DNA of 63,900 bases from Chara braunii (lineage: Eukaryota; Plantae; Charophyceae): the NCBI GenBank assembly GCA_003427395.1, contig BFEA01000011.1:2353076-2416975 (forward strand), written 5' to 3'. Below, in pieces: positions 58,401-63,900 of this stretch (positions are counted from its first letter, which is position 1; each line of letters starts with the position of its first letter). Below the pieces are notes generated by a model. That model did no database searches and was not told where the DNA came from. It saw only the letters and a list, made by a program, of their open reading frames with translations. A program made the translations under genes and the position numbers.

Positions 58401-58619
58401 GGCAGAGCTAGTGCAGGCCAGATTAGGCAGGGGTGAGAGGTGGTACATCCTTCCTTAGGGAAGTAATCAATGCTGCCTACTCGGGCCTCTCAGCCATAAT
58501 GGGGAGGAGAGTGTGTGAGTCCTTTATGTATTCCAAATTGACTTGCCGGGGGAATAGGAACCGGACTGTCGCTCCCCAGGATGGTAGAAGCCAGAACCGT
58601 GAGGTTCTGTATCTTGTTG

Positions 58620-58652
<33 letters not shown>
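55475..58652 (+). mobile_element. 5'-truncated LINE of the same family (post-RT ORF2, CCHC finger, 3' UTR, poly(A)) with 13-bp TSD
   Basis: QGLQWLDHQVPFKFLGI...SLMGRALIINSSIFSMTWY...EGGLSLID and CQMCQEQQRETLTHCFLHC; poly(A) at 58620-58653. TSD aggattgcctgca at 55462-55474 and 58653-58665. Confidence 0.92.
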
Positions 58653-58657
<5 letters not shown>

Positions 58658-60893
58658 TGCCTGCAGCACTACTAGGTGGGCTGTGTCTGGAATGCCTGTC
58701 TCTCTGTATCTCCTGGTGGTCACAGATATACATTTTGTGGATTGATGTGTCTCTTCATAGTGGCGTGAACCTTCAGTCTCTGGAGTTTTCCATATGATTT
58801 GAGTAGGTGATAGTTCTCTTCGATCCTGGCTGCGTCCATGGGTTTCTGTGTTGTAATTGCTTTCCCCCTCGCCTTCATGTGTGCTTTGCAGTGTTGCTGT
58901 GAGCCATGCTGCTTGGCTCGCTGTGTTGTTGTGTGCTCACCCTCACTTCCGCCTGTGCACCCGCTTGCCTTGCTATATGCTACCTAGTCCGTACCGTACT
59001 GCAGCAGGTTATGACCCAAAGCATTGTCAGTGAATATTGCAGACCGTTGAGGGTTCAGCTTCCTGAGGAGTCTGTACAAGTCAAACGAAACAGTCTGTCA
59101 CTACTCCAGCCTTCCTTTTTCTTTTCCCTTTAGAAAACGTTGCGAGGGGAGGATGTCCGCCAGGAGGCTGGAGGCACGGAGATCAGCCTCCTGTCACCCA
59201 CTCGCGGAGAACGCTCAGTCACAGAACCGACAGCCTCGACCATACACAGAAGGAGGTATTGACCAGGATCAGTGCTGCTCAGTCGCCGGCAGCAGGATGC
59301 GCTGTACTCGAACTCAGGTTCCGGAGGTCCCCCAAGCGGCCTGCCGGGGTCATGCCATTGTTCAAGAAATTCTGTGGGGGTGGCATGACCACTCTTTTCC
59401 TTTTTTTTTTAAGCTTTAATTTTAAGTGACCTTGTGGTGAGAGTTCCATTCTATTCTGGGATGGCATGGTTCCCCCCACTTTCTCAAGGATAGACAATTC
59501 TGAGGATTGTGCCTCGCGGTGTCTTTGAGGAATTTCCTCAATTTTTTTGAGTACGGCGAATAGTCCATACTAATTCATGGGGCTCCACTTACCAGGCCCT
59601 ACGGGGTCTTTGATGACAAGGGTACTGCTTTTCCTGCTGCGTTCGATAGCCATGGTGCGTGCCAGAAAATTTTGCCCGCATCATGCAGAAGCACCAATGC
59701 CCCACAAAAAAATCTGGAGATTCGGACGACAAGAGCGCCGCTTTTCTTGCTGCGTCCGATAGCTGTGATGCGTACAAATGACTGCTGGACCAGAAAACGC
59801 TGCTTGCATTGCACAGAAGCACCGATGCCCCACAAAAAAATCTGGAGATCTGGACATCATTCCTCCGTCGGCAACCTTCCATTGGACAGCAATCTTGCTG
59901 TAGCTTTCTCTTTTTTTTGGAAACAAAAGAAAAAAGTTCACAAAACACAATGTTGTAATGACCTGCCAAACACGGACGGAGACACACAGGTGATTTCTGA
60001 GTTTTGCTCATGGAATGTATGCCTTGCTGAGTTTCCCGCCTGTTGCTGAGTTTTCTAAGTCTGTGTGTGTGTGTGCTTGCTGGTCTGCATGCCTGTCTGA
60101 GTGCTTGTCGGCTTGACTGTGTGTGTGACCCGCAAGGGCACTTGTTCGTTCACAAGGCCTGAAGGGCCGGTACTTACCTGTGGCCGTGACATTGAGGGTT
60201 GCAGTGGGGAAAACATGCACGTAGTGGGGAAAGAGGCCCGTGATACTTAGAGCAGCGGAAAACACTCAAGTAGCAGGTAGGCCGGTACACCACACCAAGT
60301 AGAGGTAGATGTGCCGTTGGCATTTTTAGAGGCCCAGTAGTTGTAGGCTAGGTCTAGGCGGGTACCAGTCCAACCAGTCAGCCTATTCGTTCTTTCTTTC
60401 TTTCTTTCTTTCTTTCTTCTTTCTTCTGTAGCCTCTTCTTCTTTCTTTCTTTCTTTTGCTTCTTCTTCTTCCTTTCTTTCTTCGTCTTCTTCTTAGTATT
60501 TCCCTCTCTCTCCTCTCAAGTTCATTCATTTCACCTTGCAATTGGACGGCATTGTACTTTCTCATGAATGTGTATTTCGAAACTCATTGGGAAAAGAGGT
60601 CACGAAACGGCTTACGCAATTTGAGCAGATAGGCCGTCGGGAAAATAGTGGAGGAAACACAGCGGAGCCCTGCTTACTTCGAGCAGTGGAGCATAAACCT
60701 CACCTCTTTTCTTTAGAAAAGGAAAAAGAAACGACAACAGCCTTGAGGTATGATCAGTGCCAGCGCCGCCAGGTAATTAAGAGAGATTTTATTCCGTCAG
60801 GGTTCCGAACTTGGGTGGGTCTATTTATCAACAGTTATGGGTGAGTGCCGCGTGTGCCATTCAGCGACAAGGGCTTGGTACGGGGGTTCTTAC

Positions 60894-61072
60894 CTAAGAG
60901 TTGCTCACTGATCTTTGCCAGAATTTGGCTGTGCTCACAGTCCATCTCTTCGTAGTTCAGTTCTTTACCCTCCACTCCTTTCCCAGCCAGGCTGGTTGGT
61001 GGGCTGGTTCCCATATACAAAACTGAAAGCTTGCCTCTATCATTCAACGTTACAATTAGCCCTGGAATTCCC
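60894..61072 (-). CDS. BBS9: BBS9 internal exon B
   Basis: GIPGLIVTLNDRGKLSVLYMGTSPP...KELNYEEMDCEHSQILAKI matches BBS9 'KGVIVTLSDDGHLQCSYLGTDP...RELNYDELDVEMKELQKII'. Acceptor cacag|, donor G|gtaag; 179 nt, phase 2 to 1. Confidence 0.93.
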
Positions 61073-61364
61073 CTGTGTATGTGAAACGATGACAGACAAA
61101 AGAAAGAAGGAAAGAAAGGAAAAAATAAAAAGCAGCGCAAGGCAGTTCCGGGCAAAAATAAGAAATCTAGAACGGCAACAGGGAAATCCAAAGCAGTTCA
61201 ATGCCCCTTGGAGCCGGTAGCATGCTGTATTTACGATCAATTTTTTTAGTGGCTAAGGGATGTTCGGCTCCATTACTTTATGCAGAGGATCAGGGTCAGG
61301 AAACCCACATTCAACAGGCCTCCAGTCAGCCTATTCGTTGTAGGGTCGAGTCCATAGAGGACTA

Positions 61365-61469
61365 CTGTCTTCACCTGAATAGAGCACCCAGTCATTATAG
61401 CCGTATTTGGTGAAGTTTGCAGTCCAGATATGGATGTAAAGACCAGGCGTTCTATCCGGGTGAAGATGG
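61365..61469. mobile_element. Second, more diverged copy of the 105-bp TA-TSD MITE
   Basis: ta|ctgtcttcacctgaataga ... ggcgttctatccgggtgaagatgg|ta; same length as the 46381 copy. Confidence 0.75.
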
Positions 61470-61901
61470 TAGAGGTCTGAGATAGTGTTGTCAGTCCAGA
61501 CTGAGAACCATGAGGTTCTCAGACAGGCCTGGATTTCTGTACCTCAGGCCTGGGAATGTCAACAGTACGGCCTAGCCTGGCCCCACAAAAAACTCTCCAG
61601 AAGTCAAATTTGGCCGTCGATCGCGCACATATCCGATGGTTCGGACAGCTTCTGGACAAGTCCAGGGCCTACTGGGTGTAACAGCCGCTCAGCGAGCTTC
61701 TGCAGCCCAGTCACCCAGTTAAAACAATGTACCTCCGCTCCCAGTCCGGTTGCAACACAGTCTACCTTGCGCTCAGTTGGGCACTGGATTAGGTGCACCA
61801 TGCTGTGCTGCTGCTGCCAGGGAAGGGTGAGACATAGCACTCGGGCAGGCAGGCATTGCTAGGTGTACTAGGGGAGAGGACTCCATAGTTGGTTGTGGAG
61901 G

Positions 61902-61971
<70 letters not shown>

Positions 61972-62510
61972 TTTTTGAATTCAGTGCAGTACGAATATGA
62001 AAGGTAACTCAGTAGCTGTAGTAGCCCAAGTTGATGAAGCTAACGTCCAAGGCTCGCAAGCCTGCAACTGCGCCTTTTCAAAGTGGCCTGCCGCTTTTGC
62101 TCCCGGCCCCGGGCCCGAATCGAAATGTTCTTACCGCGTATGCCAGTAAGAGCACTACTTAGGCTCGTGTGAACTGGTGGTTTAAATCGAATCTCAGATT
62201 TGGGAAGGAATCGATGAAGATACTCTACCCATGTGTCTGAATGGTAGACACATGTAACTGTGAGCTCACGAGGGTTTAGTTGCACCTCTCGCCATCACCC
62301 AAAATTTCAAATGCATGAGGACAGACCCTGTGCCCAGATGCATTCAGAACGTTGGCAGATGACGAGTGGTGTAACTACGCCCTAAATCGCTGTGGAGTCA
62401 GATGCACAGAATAATATTACTGGTTGCCTCTTTCGAAGAAAGAAAAAAGAAAAAGAAATGGAAACAATGAAGACAACAATGCCAGACCGTTTAGCAGTGG
62501 AATCACACAC

Positions 62511-62643
62511 CCAAAAGCTCCGACGTGAAGGGCAACAGCTTCAGTATCTGACTTGGCTTCCCAGATCAACCGTGCATCCTGGTATACCATTAGCGATGAA
62601 GTTGTCGACGAGACCAACAAATTATCGAATGGGGGTCCGGAAT
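62511..62643 (-). CDS. BBS9: BBS9/PTHB1 internal exon A (end of beta-propeller)
   Basis: Encodes SGPPFDNLLVSSTTSSLMVYQDARLIWEAKSDTEAVALHVGAF(G), matching BBS9 'LIGNHNNMLHIYQDVTLKWATQLPHIPVAVRVG'. Acceptor gttgcag| is the best guess. Donor GG|gtgtgt (phase 2) fits the next exon. Confidence 0.85.
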
Positions 62644-63900
62644 CTGCAACCTTGCCAGTGGAAGTGAAATACATGATCAGACCAACTGTGTTAGCTTTGG
62701 GAAGAATTCAGACTCCTTCCATCACGCACAGACTTCACAAGAAGCACATAGAATCAGTATTGCTCATCCGCGATAAAACACAGGGGAAACACTGACAAAA
62801 TTTGTATATAAGGTTGCCCATCCGAACTGATTACAATGGAAAAGACAGAAAGCAAAGTGATTCTCTATTCAGAATTGATAGAGAACCACACAGATATGGC
62901 TGCGCCTTGTCTCCCATAGTAGGGTTCTGGCAGAACGTTTCCCCTCTTTGTCAACTCTGGATGAGCAAAAGGCCTAAGGGAAAATGTGCTGCTCAAGTAT
63001 CTGTACCCCTACTGCATACCCAAGTGCAATACTAATATGTACCCTAGCCGTGCTTCCTACAGAACCAGAGCATTTTTTCCTTCTTTTTTGAAAACACCTT
63101 TTTCATTATATGACTGGGAAACTCGGTACAGCGTTCCTTTCATTAAAAATAGACTCGTTAAACCACCAGTCCCTCCGCAGGTGTCACTGTAGATTTTGCT
63201 CATACACTGAGTACCGGGCCAAAATCTACTGTGGCCAGGCCCGGTAGAGGCTCGGTGGCGAAGGGCAACTGCAGATTTTGATTATTCAATTAAATTACAT
63301 TGCGGGTACTACGGGTCCTCTGCGATCCACCTTTATTGGTGGACTTCACCGGTATTACCTAAAGGCTGTGTTACGAGATGTCGTTTCGCTTCCTGTCCCC
63401 AATTTATTGGGTAATCTGCTTCTTTCAATTCAAACCTAGGTGAGCATATCCACCACCCGGTAAGAGGCACCTCAGAGTACGATCGTGCACTATCTATTGT
63501 CTAGGGGGTTGAGCAATTCCGAAAGATGCTTCGATTTACCATAACCAGGTTCATCTCGTAAAACAATAGTGAACTCGAACAAGCATCTTGGGTTTCAAAG
63601 GCCGGCACTGCAGATTCTATGCTTGGAGAAATGCAACCTTTGGATCGTCAATTTAGCTTCGGATGAACCGGTGGTTAAAATCTGCAGTTGCCCTTCGCTT
63701 TTTTATGGTTTTCCTCTAGGCTACCAGAGTGGTCCGGGTCCACTTGCCCGGCCGGGCCAAAAAAAAAAAAAATAATAATAAATAATAATAATAATAATAT
63801 AATGATATAAATTTTTATTGTAAATTTGGTAAAGAATTTCGATGTGACCCCGAGGCAAAAGTTGTTCACTGTTTTTTTGGGAAAAAAAAAAAAAAAACTT

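Overview
Eukaryotic, repeat-rich genomic DNA with microsatellites, poly-A/T runs and N gaps. It is most likely from a flagellated streptophyte alga: the U6 and the spatacsin termini are plant-type, TTTAGGG motifs occur, and a BBSome gene is present. The whole window lies inside a minus-strand BBS9/PTHB1 gene. Seven internal exons join in consistent phase across GT-AG introns of 1.4-30 kb. The 30-kb intron holds a complete, apparently intronless 4285-aa spatacsin (SPG11) gene on the same strand. The 12.7-kb intron holds the most striking structure: a U6 snRNA copy split by a ~9.1-kb L1/Tx1-type non-LTR retrotransposon. The U6 5' part is at 3695-3778 and the U6 3' end follows the element's poly(A) at 12961-12980. 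The element starts with a second 31-nt piece of U6 and a T7 run, and the whole U6::LINE::U6 unit is flanked by a 15-16 bp target-site duplication. The rest is truncated or decayed relatives of this LINE family sharing a 3' terminal hairpin, several MITEs, a tRNA-derived SINE-like element and local tandem repeats. All homology calls are from recalled motifs, not database searches.
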